Assembly (NCBI GenBank): GCA_963708075.1
Contig: OY970194.1
Location: forward strand, 1,120,001 to 1,184,000
DNA from: Sedimentisphaerales bacterium
GTDB lineage: Bacteria > Planctomycetota > Phycisphaerae > Sedimentisphaerales > Anaerobacaceae
Direction: 5' to 3'
Length of the DNA stretch: 64,000 bases
This document shows positions 42,783 through 53,409 of the stretch, piece after piece. Under the pieces are notes generated by a model. The model had not been told where the DNA came from. It did not search any database and was given only the letters and a program-made list of their open reading frames with translations. Numbering within the stretch: the first letter of the stretch is position 1; the number at the start of each line of letters is the position of its first letter. The translations under genes were made by a program, and so were the position numbers.

Positions 42783-44150
42783 ATGCACGTTCGTATGCTC
42801 GCGTCTGTTCTTCTAACCGTAGCCTTCGTCTGCGGCTGTCGATCTGTGGATCGGTCAACGGTCTCATCATCGATGAACAGCGCACCGACGCCGCCACAAC
42901 CAGTCGTATCGAGCGACGCCGCAGCCATCGAGCCGACGGGCACGATCACGCTGGCCGATGCCCTCGGTTTGTCGCTGGTCCACAATCCGGGGCTGAAGAC
43001 TTTCCCATACTCGCTTCGCGCGGCGGAGGCCCGCATGCTGCAGGCGGGTTTGCGGCCGAATCCGGAGCTTCAGGTGGAACTGGAGGAATTCGGCGGCAGC
43101 GGGGAAAGAAGTGGGTTCGATGCGACGGAAACGACGGTCCAGATCGGCCAGCCTATTGAGCTTGGCGGCAAGCGAGCCAAGCGGACTCGCGTGGCCGCTG
43201 TCGGCAAGGAGTTGGTGCAGTGGGACTACGAATCAGCCCGCCTGGACCTGATGCGCGAGGTTTCGCAGGCGTTTAACGGGGTGCTGGCGGCCCAGGAACG
43301 GCTGGCCCTGGCCGAGAAGGTCCTTGAACTGTCCCAGCAGGCGCACTCGGCCGTCGCCCAGCGTGTCGAGGCGGGGAGGGATTCGCCCGTCGATGCGCTG
43401 CGGGCGGGTGTCGTGCTATCGGAGAGCCGGATCGAACGACAGAAGGCGGAAAAGGCGCTGGCCGCTGCTCGTCGCAGCCTGGCCGCAACGTGGGGCAGCA
43501 ACGCACCGGCGTTTGTCACGGCAACCGGAGACTGGTACGAGATGCGGGTGCTGCCGGCTGTCGATCTATCGCCTGATGCCATCGTGGCCAACCCGGACGT
43601 GGCTCGCTGGGAGGATGAGCAGCGCGGCCGCCGGGCGGCGCTGGACCTGGAGAAGGCCAAAGCCATGCCCGATGTCACGGCCGCCGGCGGTGTGCGGCGG
43701 TTCGAGGAGACGGATGATGCGGCGTTCGTGGCTGGTCTGGCTGTGCCGCTGCCGCTGTTCGACCGCAATCAGGGCAGGATCGAAGAGGCGATTGCCGATC
43801 TGGCCGCGAGCCGTCAGCAGTATGAGGCTGTCCGCGTCAAGACTCTGGCGGCACTATCCGAGGCGGCCAGCGCCCTCGCCGCCGCGCAGGAGGAAGTGAC
43901 CGCGCTGAAGAGCGAGGTGCTCCCGGCCGCGCAGCAGGCCTTCGAGGCCGTCCAGCAGGGCTACCGCCAGGGCAAGTTCGATTACCTATATGTTCTGGAC
44001 ACCCAGCGCACATTATTTGAAACGCAGGCCCGTTATGTCCAGTCGGTCGAGGCGTACCACAAGGCGCTGGCCGACGTGGAGCGATTGACAGGGCGACCGG
44101 TTACTACGGATCTTAGACAATCTTCACAGGAGGCTTCCAATGAGAAGTAG
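42783..44150 (+). CDS. czcC: Outer-membrane factor (TolC/CzcC)
   Basis: Lipobox-like VCGC, PNPEL, PIELGGKR, PLPLFDRNQG, GKFDYL.VLD.QR. Confidence 0.88.
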   Translation: MHVRMLASVLLTVAFVCGCRSVDRSTVSSSMNSAPTPPQPVVSSDAAAIEPTGTITLADALGLSLVHNPGLKTFPYSLRAAEARMLQAGLRPNPELQVELEEFGGSGERSGFDATETTVQIGQPIELGGKRAKRTRVAAVGKELVQWDYESARLDLMREVSQAFNGVLAAQERLALAEKVLELSQQAHSAVAQRVEAGRDSPVDALRAGVVLSESRIERQKAEKALAAARRSLAATWGSNAPAFVTATGDWYEMRVLPAVDLSPDAIVANPDVARWEDEQRGRRAALDLEKAKAMPDVTAAGGVRRFEETDDAAFVAGLAVPLPLFDRNQGRIEEAIADLAASRQQYEAVRVKTLAALSEAASALAAAQEEVTALKSEVLPAAQQAFEAVQQGYRQGKFDYLYVLDTQRTLFETQARYVQSVEAYHKALADVERLTGRPVTTDLRQSSQEASNEK

Positions 44151-45408
44151 ATTCATACACGCCTGGGCATTCCTGCTCGTTCTTGCCATGCTTGGCCTGG
44201 GACTTGCCGGCTGCAAGAAAGAGCAAGCCCACGCCGAAGGCGACGGCCATGGTCACGGAGAGGCAGCAGCTCATACGGAGGTCGTGGACGGCGTCACGAT
44301 GTGCACCGAACATGGCGTACCGGAAGCTCAGTGCGGCATCTGCAAGCCCCAGCTCATCGGTCAACTGAAGGCCGGCGAGAGCCTGAAGGTGCGTCTGCCA
44401 TCCGCCGAATCCACGAAGATCGTGGGCGTCCAGATGGGCTCCCCCAAGATCGGCCTGACCACCGATGGTGTCGAGTGCTTCGCCGAGGTGAGCTTCAATC
44501 AGAATGCCCTGGCGCAGATCGTCGCGCCCGTCGGCGGCATCCTCCAGAGCGTGGACGTGGACTTGGGCGGCAAGGTCGAGGAGAGACAGATCGTGGCGAG
44601 GCTCTGGTCCGCTTCAGTGGCGGAGGCCATCTCCAAGGCCGTGCTCACGCACCAGACCTTGGAGCGGGAGCGCAAGCTCAGCGCCGACCGCGTAACCTCC
44701 CAGGCAACTTTGCAGGAGGCCGAGGCGGCGCACAATGCGGCCTGCCTGCCCTTGCGGACGCTGGGGTTCACCGAGGAGCGGATCGACGAATTCAGCCACA
44801 AGCCACAGGAGCAGGTCTTACTGGAGGTGCGTGCACCGTTTGCCGGGGAAATCGTCGAGCGCTCGGCCGTGCGCGGGGCCCTCGTCGAGATGGGCAAACC
44901 GCTGTTCACGCTGGTGGATCGCTCTGTCATGTGGGCAATGCTGCAAGTGCCCGAAACGGCACTGGCACGCGTGCAAGTGGGGCAGCCGGTGGAACTGGGC
45001 GTGGACTCATTGCCCGGCAAAGTGTTCACGGGCAAGCTGACGTGGATTGGGCCGGCGGTAAATGAACGCACGCGGATGACGCTCGCGCGGGCCGAGTTCG
45101 CCGACCCCAACGGCCTGCTCAAGGATAAGATGTTCGCCACCGCGCGGATTCTGACACGCCGCACGGAGAACGCCATGTTGCTGCCGCCGGAGGCGGTTCA
45201 ATACGTCGAAGGCAGGCCGCTCGTGTTCGTGCAACTGGCCGACGATCTGTTTGACGCGAGAGCCGTCCGACTGGGTGTGAAGTTCAACGGACACCAGGAA
45301 GTGCTGGCTGGGCTAATGCCGCAGGAGACCGTAGCTGTGACGCACACCTTCGCCCTCAAGTCGGCCCTATTGATGTCGCGCTTGGCGCAGGATGCGCGGA
45401 CGACTGAG
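44140..45408 (+). CDS. czcB: RND periplasmic adaptor (CzcB/CusB); frameshift near 45382, corrected end SRLGAGCADD*
   Basis: LAGC lipobox, His-rich segment, CTEHGVPEAQCGICKP, VRAPFAGEIV. Confidence 0.85.
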
Positions 45409-45490
45409 TCCCCGTTTGTAGTGACGCCGTCAGGCGTTTCTCGGTTCGTCCTGCGCGGGCACACGACAATGGCCTCAATGGAGATTTGAC

Positions 45491-48400
45491 ATGTTGAATT
45501 GGATCATCGATTTCTCGCTGAGAAACCGACTGCTCGTATGCATCCTGGCGGCGGCGCTGGTCGTCATTGGCGGGCGGACGCTGAGCATCCTGCCGATCGA
45601 CGCGTTTCCCGATACGACGCCGGTGCAGGTGCAGGTCAACACGACAGCGTCATCGCTGAACCCGCAGGAGACGGAAGCGCAGATCACGCTGCCCGTGGAA
45701 TTGGCTATCAGCGGCCTGCCCGGCCTGCAGAATGTCCGCTCGGTCTCGAAGTTCGGCCTCTCGCAAGTCGTGGCGACTTTTGACGACAAGACCGGCATCT
45801 TCAAGGCCCGCCAACTCCTCATGGAGCGGCTCCAAACGGTCGAATTGCCGGAAGACATCGAACGTCCGCAATTAGGTCCTATCGCCACCGGCTTGGGCGA
45901 AGTCTTCCACTACGTGGTCCGCTCGAAGGACCCCAACCGGACACTGACCGAGCTGCGGGAAATCCACGATTGGGTCGTCAAGCCGGAGTTGCGAAAGGTG
46001 CCGGGAGTGGCCGAGATCAACTCGTGGGGCGGCTTCGAGAAGCAATATCACGTGGTGGTCGATACCGAGCAACTCATCAAGTACCGCCTGACGCTGGAGG
46101 AACTGGTCGAAGCCCTCCAAGCCAATAACCAGAACGTCGGCGGCGGACAAGTGGTTCGCAGCGGCGAGTCGCTGCTCGTCCACGGCATCGGCCTGACCAC
46201 GAACGTCGAGGAGATCGGCAACATCGTGGTCGCCGCCCACGACGGCACGCCTGTGCGAGTGCGCGACGTGGCCACGGTCCAGATCGACCACGAGATTCGG
46301 CGCGGCGCGGTCACCGCCGACGGAAGAGGCGAGGCGGTCCTGGGCCTGGGCTTCATGCTCATGGGTGAGAACAGCGCCGTCGTGACCCACGCCCTCAAGA
46401 AGAAACTGGCCGAGGTGCAGAAGTTCCTCCCGGCGGATGTCGAGCTGGAAGTGCTCTACGATCGGACGGAACTCGTCGAGAATGTCATTCGCACCGTCGA
46501 GCACAACCTGCTGGCCGGTGCCCTGCTGGTCATTACGGTCCTCTTCGCCTTCCTGGGCAACCTGCGGGCCGGGTTGATCGTGGCGGCGGCCATCCCGCTG
46601 TCCATGCTCTTTGCGGGCAACTTCATGTTGCAGGCCGGTATCGCCGCGAGCCTGCTGAGCCTCGGCGCGATCGACTTCGGCCTGATTGTGGACAGCGCCG
46701 TCATCATGGTGGAGAACTGCGTCCGATACGTGGCACACCGCAAAGACAAGCCGTGGCTCGACACCATTCGGGATGCGGCCATCGAAGTCCGCAAGCCGAC
46801 GATGTTCGGCGAATTGATCATTATGATCGTGTTCCTGCCCGTGCTGACGCTCGAAGGGATCGAAGGCAAGCTGTTTCGACCGATGGCGTTGACGATGATC
46901 TTCGCTCTGGTGGGCTCTTTGATACTGTCGCTGACACTCATGCCGGTGCTGGCCAGCCTGTTGCTGCCTCGCACGATGAAAGAGCACGAACCATTGCTGG
47001 TCCGGATAGCCAAGCGAGTCTATACGCCGGCCCTGGACCTCGCCTTGCGGCTGCGAGTTGTCGTGCTCGTGGCGGCGCTGGCCATTGTGGCAGGCGGCGC
47101 GTTCCTGGCCATGCAGATGGGCGGGGAGTTTCTCCCGCGGCTCGGCGAAGGTGCCATCGTCGGGACCACTGTCCGGCTGGCGGGCATTTCCGTGGAGGAA
47201 TCGGTCGCGCAGAACGATCTGATCGAGCAGCGGCTCATGGCCGAATTCCCGGATGAAATCGAGCACATCTGGACGCGGCTTGGCACGGCGGAAGTCGCCA
47301 CGGACCCGATGGGCGTGGAGTTGGCCGATTTCTTCCTGGCCCTCAAGCCGCGAGAACAGTGGACGAAGGCTCGGACGCAGACCGAACTGACGGAGAAGAT
47401 GTACGAGTTCCTGAGCCAGGTGCCGGGGATGCGACCGGCCTTCAGCCAGCCCATCGAGATGCGCATGAACGAGCTCATCGCAGGCATTCGGGGCGATATC
47501 GGCATCAAGGTTTATGGTGACGATCTTGAAGAGCTGCGCCGGCTCGGCGGCGAGGTGCAGGCAGTCCTCGCCGAGATTCCGGGGGCCAGCGAGGCCTCGG
47601 TCGAACAATTGACCGGACAGACCTTCCTCCAAGTGCGCGTGGACCCGCAGGCCATCGCCCGCTTTGGCGTCCCGACGCGCAACGTGCTGAACGTGGTGGA
47701 AGCCGCGGGCACGAAGAAGGTGGGCGACGTGCGCGAGGGCCAGCGGCGATTCCCGCTCGTGGTGCGGTTGCCTGACCGGCAGCGCACCGACCCCGACGTG
47801 CTGGCGAACACACTGATCCCCACCGAGGCCGGGCCGGTGCTCCCGCTCAACCGCGTGGCGCGGATCGTAGAGACCGAAGGACCAGCCACCATCAACCGCG
47901 AGTGGAGCAAGCGGCGGATCACCGTTCAGTGCAATGTGCGTGAACGCGACGTGGCGGGCTTTGTGGCCGAGGCGAGGCAGAGGATCGCCGAGCACGTGAA
48001 ACTGCCGGAAGGTTACACCATCGAATGGGGCGGGCAGTTCGAGAACATGGAGCGGGCCAATCGCAAGCTGATGTTCGTAGTGCCGATGTCGCTGGCACTG
48101 ATCTTCGTGCTGCTGTTCTTCAGTCTCGGATCGTTCCGCGACGTGTTGATCGTGGCGTCCGGCATTCCGCTGGGTTTGGTGGGCGGCGTGCTGGCCCTGT
48201 GGCTACGGGACATGCCGTTCACGGTTAGTTCGGCCATCGGCTTCGTCGCCCTCAGCGGCGTGGCGATCCTCAACGGTCTTGTGCTGGTGACGTTCATCCA
48301 GCAGAAGATCGAAGCCGGACGGCCTATGGAGCAAGCCGTGCGGGAGGGTTGCTTAGTGCGGCTGCGTCCCGTCTTGATGACCGCCCTGGTGGCCGCCGTA

Positions 48401-48583
48401 GGGTTCCTCCCGATGGCTGTAAACGTGGGCGTTGGCGGCGAAGTCCAGCGGCCCTTGGCCACAGTCGTCATCGGGGGCATCTTCACCAATACCCTCCTGA
48501 CGCTGCTCGTGCTCCCGGCGCTGTACGTCCTGGCCCACAAACGCACACGAGGAGCCGGGACACCAGAGGGTGTGGGAAGCTGA
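45491..48583 (+). CDS. czcA: CusA/CzcA heavy-metal efflux RND transporter
   Basis: IDAFPD, SLGAIDFGLIVD, EGKLFRPMA, RLRPVLMTA, EVQRPLATVVIGG. Confidence 0.95.
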   Translation: MLNWIIDFSLRNRLLVCILAAALVVIGGRTLSILPIDAFPDTTPVQVQVNTTASSLNPQETEAQITLPVELAISGLPGLQNVRSVSKFGLSQVVATFDDKTGIFKARQLLMERLQTVELPEDIERPQLGPIATGLGEVFHYVVRSKDPNRTLTELREIHDWVVKPELRKVPGVAEINSWGGFEKQYHVVVDTEQLIKYRLTLEELVEALQANNQNVGGGQVVRSGESLLVHGIGLTTNVEEIGNIVVAAHDGTPVRVRDVATVQIDHEIRRGAVTADGRGEAVLGLGFMLMGENSAVVTHALKKKLAEVQKFLPADVELEVLYDRTELVENVIRTVEHNLLAGALLVITVLFAFLGNLRAGLIVAAAIPLSMLFAGNFMLQAGIAASLLSLGAIDFGLIVDSAVIMVENCVRYVAHRKDKPWLDTIRDAAIEVRKPTMFGELIIMIVFLPVLTLEGIEGKLFRPMALTMIFALVGSLILSLTLMPVLASLLLPRTMKEHEPLLVRIAKRVYTPALDLALRLRVVVLVAALAIVAGGAFLAMQMGGEFLPRLGEGAIVGTTVRLAGISVEESVAQNDLIEQRLMAEFPDEIEHIWTRLGTAEVATDPMGVELADFFLALKPREQWTKARTQTELTEKMYEFLSQVPGMRPAFSQPIEMRMNELIAGIRGDIGIKVYGDDLEELRRLGGEVQAVLAEIPGASEASVEQLTGQTFLQVRVDPQAIARFGVPTRNVLNVVEAAGTKKVGDVREGQRRFPLVVRLPDRQRTDPDVLANTLIPTEAGPVLPLNRVARIVETEGPATINREWSKRRITVQCNVRERDVAGFVAEARQRIAEHVKLPEGYTIEWGGQFENMERANRKLMFVVPMSLALIFVLLFFSLGSFRDVLIVASGIPLGLVGGVLALWLRDMPFTVSSAIGFVALSGVAILNGLVLVTFIQQKIEAGRPMEQAVREGCLVRLRPVLMTALVAAVGFLPMAVNVGVGGEVQRPLATVVIGGIFTNTLLTLLVLPALYVLAHKRTRGAGTPEGVGS

Positions 48584-48856
48584 GGCAGCCGTGAATTGAC
48601 GAGTGGCAGCGGCAAGGCCGATGGGCTTGTCGATGGCTTGGTGGTATGCGCGAATGACCATCGGCAAGCTCGCGCTTACCGCTGCCACCCGGAGAAGTCT
48701 CCAGCCGCTCACCCGTTCTCTACAGAAGGCCGTGAGACTCGGTCTCTTCGGCACAAGATTCGGCTTTTTCCCACCGGTCGGTTTCTGCACATGCCGGATG
48801 CCTTGTCGTAAGGAATGACAGGGGAGCGTGGTGTGAGGCAGAAATTGAGGTGAATC

Positions 48857-49363
48857 ATGACTGCGAAGAGAGTATCGACGCGGTTGGCTTTTGCGTTGGT
48901 GCTTGTGGCGGCAATGGGGGCTTGGGCCATGGGCGAGACCCGGCAGGTCAACACCACGCCGGTGTGGTACCGGATCTGGACCCCCAATCTCTATGGCCTG
49001 AACACGTATCATTACCTGGGTCCGATAGCGCCGTACGCCCCCGGCTTTTTCCCGCTGGACGGCTGGTACGGCGGGTACTATCCGCCGCTGTTTGAGCCTC
49101 CGCGGTATAGTCCGCTATTGCCGGGCTCGGTTCCTGCGCCCTGGCAGTATCGGGCACCGGATTGGTATTACCGCCAGCCGTACGCACCCTATGTGTATCC
49201 GCCGCCGTTTTACGGGGGCTACTACGCACCCAATGCGCACCAGTGGTGGTATTACCGCTACTACAACCAGCCCTGGAGTGGACCAGGCTGGCGCAGCTAT
49301 CGCGGCATGCGGGATCCCCGGCCCAATCCCCAAGCCCCAACCGCAGTTCCGCGCAGCCGGTGA
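48857..49363 (+). CDS. Secreted Tyr/Pro/Gly/Trp-rich low-complexity protein
   Basis: GAGGTG RBS, signal peptide, YYPP/GGYY repeats. Confidence 0.7.
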   Translation: MTAKRVSTRLAFALVLVAAMGAWAMGETRQVNTTPVWYRIWTPNLYGLNTYHYLGPIAPYAPGFFPLDGWYGGYYPPLFEPPRYSPLLPGSVPAPWQYRAPDWYYRQPYAPYVYPPPFYGGYYAPNAHQWWYYRYYNQPWSGPGWRSYRGMRDPRPNPQAPTAVPRSR

Positions 49364-49408
49364 AGACACGCAGGGCAGGCTTCTGCGCCGCTCTCATCGA
49401 GCCCCAAT

Positions 49409-49441
49409 AGAAAGGGCTGCGGACACAATTGCCCGCAGCCC
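49409..49441 (-). terminator. Hairpin terminator between convergent genes
   Basis: GGGCTGCGG/CCGCAGCCC stem with short U-run on minus strand. Confidence 0.55.
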
Positions 49442-49469
49442 CTGAACATACTGCATTGCAGACTCACGC

Positions 49470-50136
49470 TTACAGCGCGTTGCGTCTGCGAAGATAACCC
49501 ACGAGAACCCATGCCAAGAGCGCCGAGCAGGATCGCCCCGGGAGCGGGGACTTGATAGATCATGTTCGGACCATCGAAGAAATCGGGAGCCGTCGGACCA
49601 TACGTCTGTGTCGGCCACGTAGGTGCCGGGTCCGAGCTCGTCGCAGTCCACACGGACTGTACGAACTGTACCCCATCACCATTGAACGTAGGTCCAGGTC
49701 CGCCAAGGTTACTATTGTGCTCGGGATTGGCGTCCGAGAAGCCGTACCCGACGATGGTGTACTGCCCGACCGGCAACGCCAGAGGACTGATCGGCTTGAA
49801 CCAGTAGTTGCTCGCCGCATCGAACCACATGCCCGCATCGCCCGCTGCAAACGTCATCGAAGCGATCACGTTTTGCTGCGCGTCGAACAGGACGGTCGTG
49901 AGCGGTGCCGCACCGGCTGCCAGGCCATCAGCTCCACTGTCGTATATGCCGAGTTCCAGGACCTGGAAACCGGAGGTAAGGACGTCGAAGGTCCAACCCA
50001 CACCGCTCCAGCCCTGGTTCCCGGTGGTCGTATTCGCCACATGCATGGTCGTAGGAACTGCGCTTGCCGACATTGGAAGAGCGGCCAGCAAGGCTGCGGC
50101 CACGACCGCCAACATCAGCTTGGTGCATCTTTTCAT
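49470..50136 (-). CDS. PEP-CTERM-like (VPAPGA) sorted surface protein; frameshift near 49505
   Basis: Signal peptide; removing one base gives VPAPGAILLGALGMGLVGYLRRRNAL*. Confidence 0.85.
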
Positions 50137-50277
50137 ATCATCCTCCTACAACTCAAACGTCACTCCAAGAAAACGCTTCCGTGCCCCGTTCATGTATGCA
50201 TCTGCTGCCCAAGGGACACGCACTTTTCCCCATCAGGCTCATCGCGCGTCAAACCACACTTCTCCAGGCAGAAGCGT

Positions 50278-50441
50278 CCGACCTGCTCGGCCCGCAACTG
50301 GCGGCCTTTCTCATGCTGCCGACCGGCCGTTCCCAGACCCGGCCTATCCAGCCGCTAACAGGTATGGACACACGGAGGCTCTGCAAAATGCGCAATGGCT
50401 GATGGGGACGCTGATATACGCGCCAAGTTCTCGCAGGTCAG
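50278..50441 (-). ncRNA. Candidate structured leader RNA, copy A
   Basis: Strong similarity to 51421-51585; closing stem CUGACCUGC/GCAGGUCGG; internal UGUCCA/UGGAUA stem. Confidence 0.55.
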
Positions 50442-50446
50442 CCCGT

Positions 50447-50475
50447 AGTATAGCCTCCCGGCCTCGACGTGTCAA
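50447..50475 (-). promoter_or_regulatory. Sigma70-type promoter TTGACA-N17-TATACT
   Basis: Near-consensus boxes, 17-bp spacer, same position in copy B. Confidence 0.75.
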
Positions 50476-50556
50476 CAGGAAAAACCAGTTTTTTTTGCAC
50501 TTGGGCCGGCCGCGTGACTGAATCATGTGCAGGCCCGGGAAGGGGAAATTTGGAGG

Positions 50557-50592
50557 AAAAAAAAGGCCGGCAGTCCCTGGGGACGACCGGCC
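50557..50592 (-). terminator. Intrinsic terminator downstream of 50639 gene
   Basis: GGCCGG...CCGGCC stem followed by U8 on minus strand. Confidence 0.75.
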
Positions 50593-50638
50593 GTGAAGAT
50601 TCAAGCCTGCCAGGTACAGATGCAGTCACCTGGGCTTC

Positions 50639-51280
50639 TTACAGCGATCTTCGCCTGCGGAGCCAGCCGATCAGGCAAGTGCCTATGGCACCGAGAAGGA
50701 CAGCGCCCGGGGCCGGGATGGGAGTTCCCATTGCCAGGTTGTCGATTCCCGTGTTGATGCGCTCGCCACCCACGCTGGTCCAGTGGATTTTGGTGATCGG
50801 CTCATCGAGCACGATACCGAAGAACCACTGGCCTGCCGCACGCCCATCATAGAGCGTGACAGCAGGGGTAGGATCGCTGCCGTAGAACTCCACGACGACA
50901 TTTCCCAGGCCGTTGAGGTACGCATCATAACCGACCGCCGTATAGGAAAACGCACTCAGATCGATTGTGAAATCCTCAGGTCCGGTACCCGTCAGGATGC
51001 TGCTGGTCGTCAGCGGAACGCCGAAGTTGGTGTAGCCCGGAGAGGCCACCCAGACGTTGTTCGTTGGTGGTGTCCCTGCGTACGTGACGCCGTTACTCGT
51101 GAACGACGCCAACGCCGTGTCCTTCGGGACCACAGCCTCGAAGTCTTCGACTTGCAGGATGTTCACTGCGGCGTCGAAAGAGGCGTAGTCCATGTAAAAA
51201 GCAGGGACTGCCAAGCTTACGCTGCTCAGCGGCAAAAGGACCGCCGCCAGTGCCAGGCAAGCTGTTGTCAAACGTCCCAT
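50639..51280 (-). CDS. PEP-CTERM-like (IPAPGA) sorted surface protein
   Basis: AGGAGG RBS, signal peptide, IPAPGAVLLGAIGTCLIGWLRRRRSL tail. Confidence 0.88.
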   Translation of the reverse strand: MGRLTTACLALAAVLLPLSSVSLAVPAFYMDYASFDAAVNILQVEDFEAVVPKDTALASFTSNGVTYAGTPPTNNVWVASPGYTNFGVPLTTSSILTGTGPEDFTIDLSAFSYTAVGYDAYLNGLGNVVVEFYGSDPTPAVTLYDGRAAGQWFFGIVLDEPITKIHWTSVGGERINTGIDNLAMGTPIPAPGAVLLGAIGTCLIGWLRRRRSL

Positions 51281-51420
51281 GTAATCCTCCTAAAGCTCAA
51301 TGTTCAATGTCACTCCAAGACACAGTCTCGGTATCTCCTCTATGTATCTGGCAAAGAGACACCCTGACCCCACATCCAGCCTGTCGCGCAGTAAACCAGT
51401 GCTTTCCCAGGCAGAACCGT

Positions 51421-51585
51421 CCGACCTGTTCGGGCCGCAAGCTGCGGCCTTTCCCCTGCTGCCGGCCGGCCGTTCCCAGACATGGCCCGTCCAGCCGCTA
51501 ACAGGTGTGGACGCATAGAGGCTCTGCACGATGCGCAATGGTTGATGTGGACGCGTGATATATGCGCCAAGTCTTCGCAGGTCAG
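51421..51585 (-). ncRNA. Candidate structured leader RNA, copy B
   Basis: Closing stem CUGACCUG/CAGGUCGG; CGUCCA/UGGACG stem; GGCCGC/GCGGCC hairpin. Confidence 0.55.
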
Positions 51586-51590
51586 TCTAT

Positions 51591-51619
51591 AATATACCCC
51601 GGGGGCCCGGAAATGTCAA
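51591..51619 (-). promoter_or_regulatory. Sigma70-type promoter TTGACA-N17-TATATT
   Basis: Near-consensus boxes with 17-bp spacer. Confidence 0.7.
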
Positions 51620-51831
51620 GTAAAAAGCGGACCATCTTCCCGCGAGGGCGTACGACAAGATTGTGGCAGAGCGAGGATTAGGCTCTTGGGTGGCAGCGTC
51701 AAGCGGCAGCTTGGCGATGGCGTTCTTGGGATGCGCCTCCACCATCGCCAAGGCCTGCGGCCTTGACGATGCCACCCGGGTCGAGTGCCACTTTCTTGTC
51801 GTACACCCTCCCGCGAATCGTCACCTGGCCG

Positions 51832-53249
51832 TCAGTACTCCCGGTTTTTGAGAATCCCCGGCTGGGGCAGGGGGTACTTGCCGTCAGGGCCGGCGGGCAG
51901 GGGGGCGGGGGAGTCCATCGCCAGCTTGTCCACGTCGGGGGCGAACTCCTCCTCGCTGTTGAGCATCTCGTCGAATGTCACGATCTGCCCGGTATGGACG
52001 GCCCGGCGGGCCATGGCCGTGACCAGGGCGGCCTCTGTTCCTCGTTTCGTCTCGTTGAAAGGCTTGTCATTGCGAATGGCGTCGATCAGCTCATCCCACT
52101 CAAGTTGGTAGGGATTCGGCTCCGGCTGCGGGAACGACCAGGCGAGGTCCTCTTTCGCGAAGTTTTGTCCTTTATATATGCGGCATTTGCCGGGCGTGTG
52201 CATGAAGGTGGAGATCACGGCCGAGCCCCTCGTGCCGTGGGCGTAGCTGGCGAACTCCTCGTGACAGCCGGGCATGTGGCGGTTGTTGAGGAACAGCTTG
52301 GCCCCATCGGCGAACGTGTACTCGACGTCGTAGTGGTCGAAATTCTGGTCCACGGCATCGCCGCGATAGCAGCGTCCGCCCGCGCCCTGGGCCCGGACCG
52401 GCCAGGCGTCCTTCATCCAGCAGCACTCATCGACGTTGTGCGCAACCACGTCCTGGAACAGCCCGCCGCTGGCCCACAGAAAGCCCAGATAGTTGCGGAC
52501 CTGCCAGAGCAACTCGCTGATATTGCCCTGCCTGGGCCCCGCGAATCCCGCCGGGCCCTGCTGGCGGTAGGTTCGCATCATGGTGATGTCGCCGATCTGG
52601 CCGGACTTGATCCGGTCGTAAAGCTCCCAGCGGGCCTTGCAGTGCCGGCACATCAGTCCCACGCCCACCTTGAGGTTCTTCTTCACCGACTCCTCGCCCA
52701 GTTGCAGCATCTTGCGCGTGATCGGCCCGTCCACGACCACGGGCTTTTCCATGAACACATGGATGCCCTTGGCGATCGCATAGCGGAAATGCACCCAGCG
52801 GAACGCCACCGGCGTGGCGAAGATCGCGACATCGCCCGGCCGCAGGCAGTCCATCGCCTTTTGATAGGCGTCGAATCCGAGGAACCGCCGCTCCGGCGGC
52901 ACGTCGAGCTGGCTCGCCTGATACCCGCATCGACCCAAGTATCCGCCGACCCGCTCGTCCGCGGCGCGCTGGCCGCCTCGATCAGCCCGTCGTAGCTGCG
53001 TTTGATCCGGTCCTCGAACACATCCGCCATCGCGAAGAGCTTGACGGGAGCGACCCTGGTGGCCATCGCATTGGCCGCCGCCCCCGACCCTCGCCCCCCG
53101 CAGCCGACGAGCGCGACCCGGATCGTCTCATCCCCAGCCGCATACACCCGCGGCCCGACCGCCGCCAGAAACGCCGACCCCGCCGCCACCCGACCCGTGC
53201 CCTTCAAGAACTCCCGTCGTGACGTGCCCCGTGCATCGCTACCGCTCAT
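51832..53249 (-). CDS. Tat-exported Gfo/Idh/MocA oxidoreductase, frameshifted near 52930
   Basis: SRREFLK Tat motif, LVGCGGRGSGA, GFDAYQKAM, HVFMEKP. Confidence 0.88.
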
Positions 53250-53261
53250 AACAACCCCTCG

Positions 53262-53301
53262 TGATTTACGATTTACCATTTACGATTTACGATTTACCAT
53301 T
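53262..53301. repeat. Heptamer tandem repeat (GATTTAC/CATTTAC)n
   Basis: gtgatttacgatttaccatttacgatttacgatttaccattt. Confidence 0.85.
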
Positions 53302-53409
53302 TGAGACCCACGCGTCACCCGTGACGCACAGCCAGATTGTATATCCCAAGTCGGCAATCTGAAATGGCAAATCCATTCACCCAATCCACCACGCCGAGCC
53401 ACACGCGGA

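Noticed and set aside
45409..45489. C-terminal extension of the CzcB adaptor as given in the ORF track
   Set aside because: A one-base repair near 45382 gives GAGCADD* ending at 45408; the extension reads through intergenic palindromic DNA
37841..47995. Long antisense ORFs (e.g. 37841..39424, 39455..41020, 45872..47995) as genes
   Set aside because: They are shadows of high-GC coding strands, fully overlap well-supported genes and have no motifs
50278..51585. Known c-di-GMP, cobalamin or lysine riboswitch
   Set aside because: Only short fragments resemble them (CUGGGAA, GAAAGG, GCAGAGCCUC); full consensus features were not found by eye, so left as an unassigned candidate pending Rfam search
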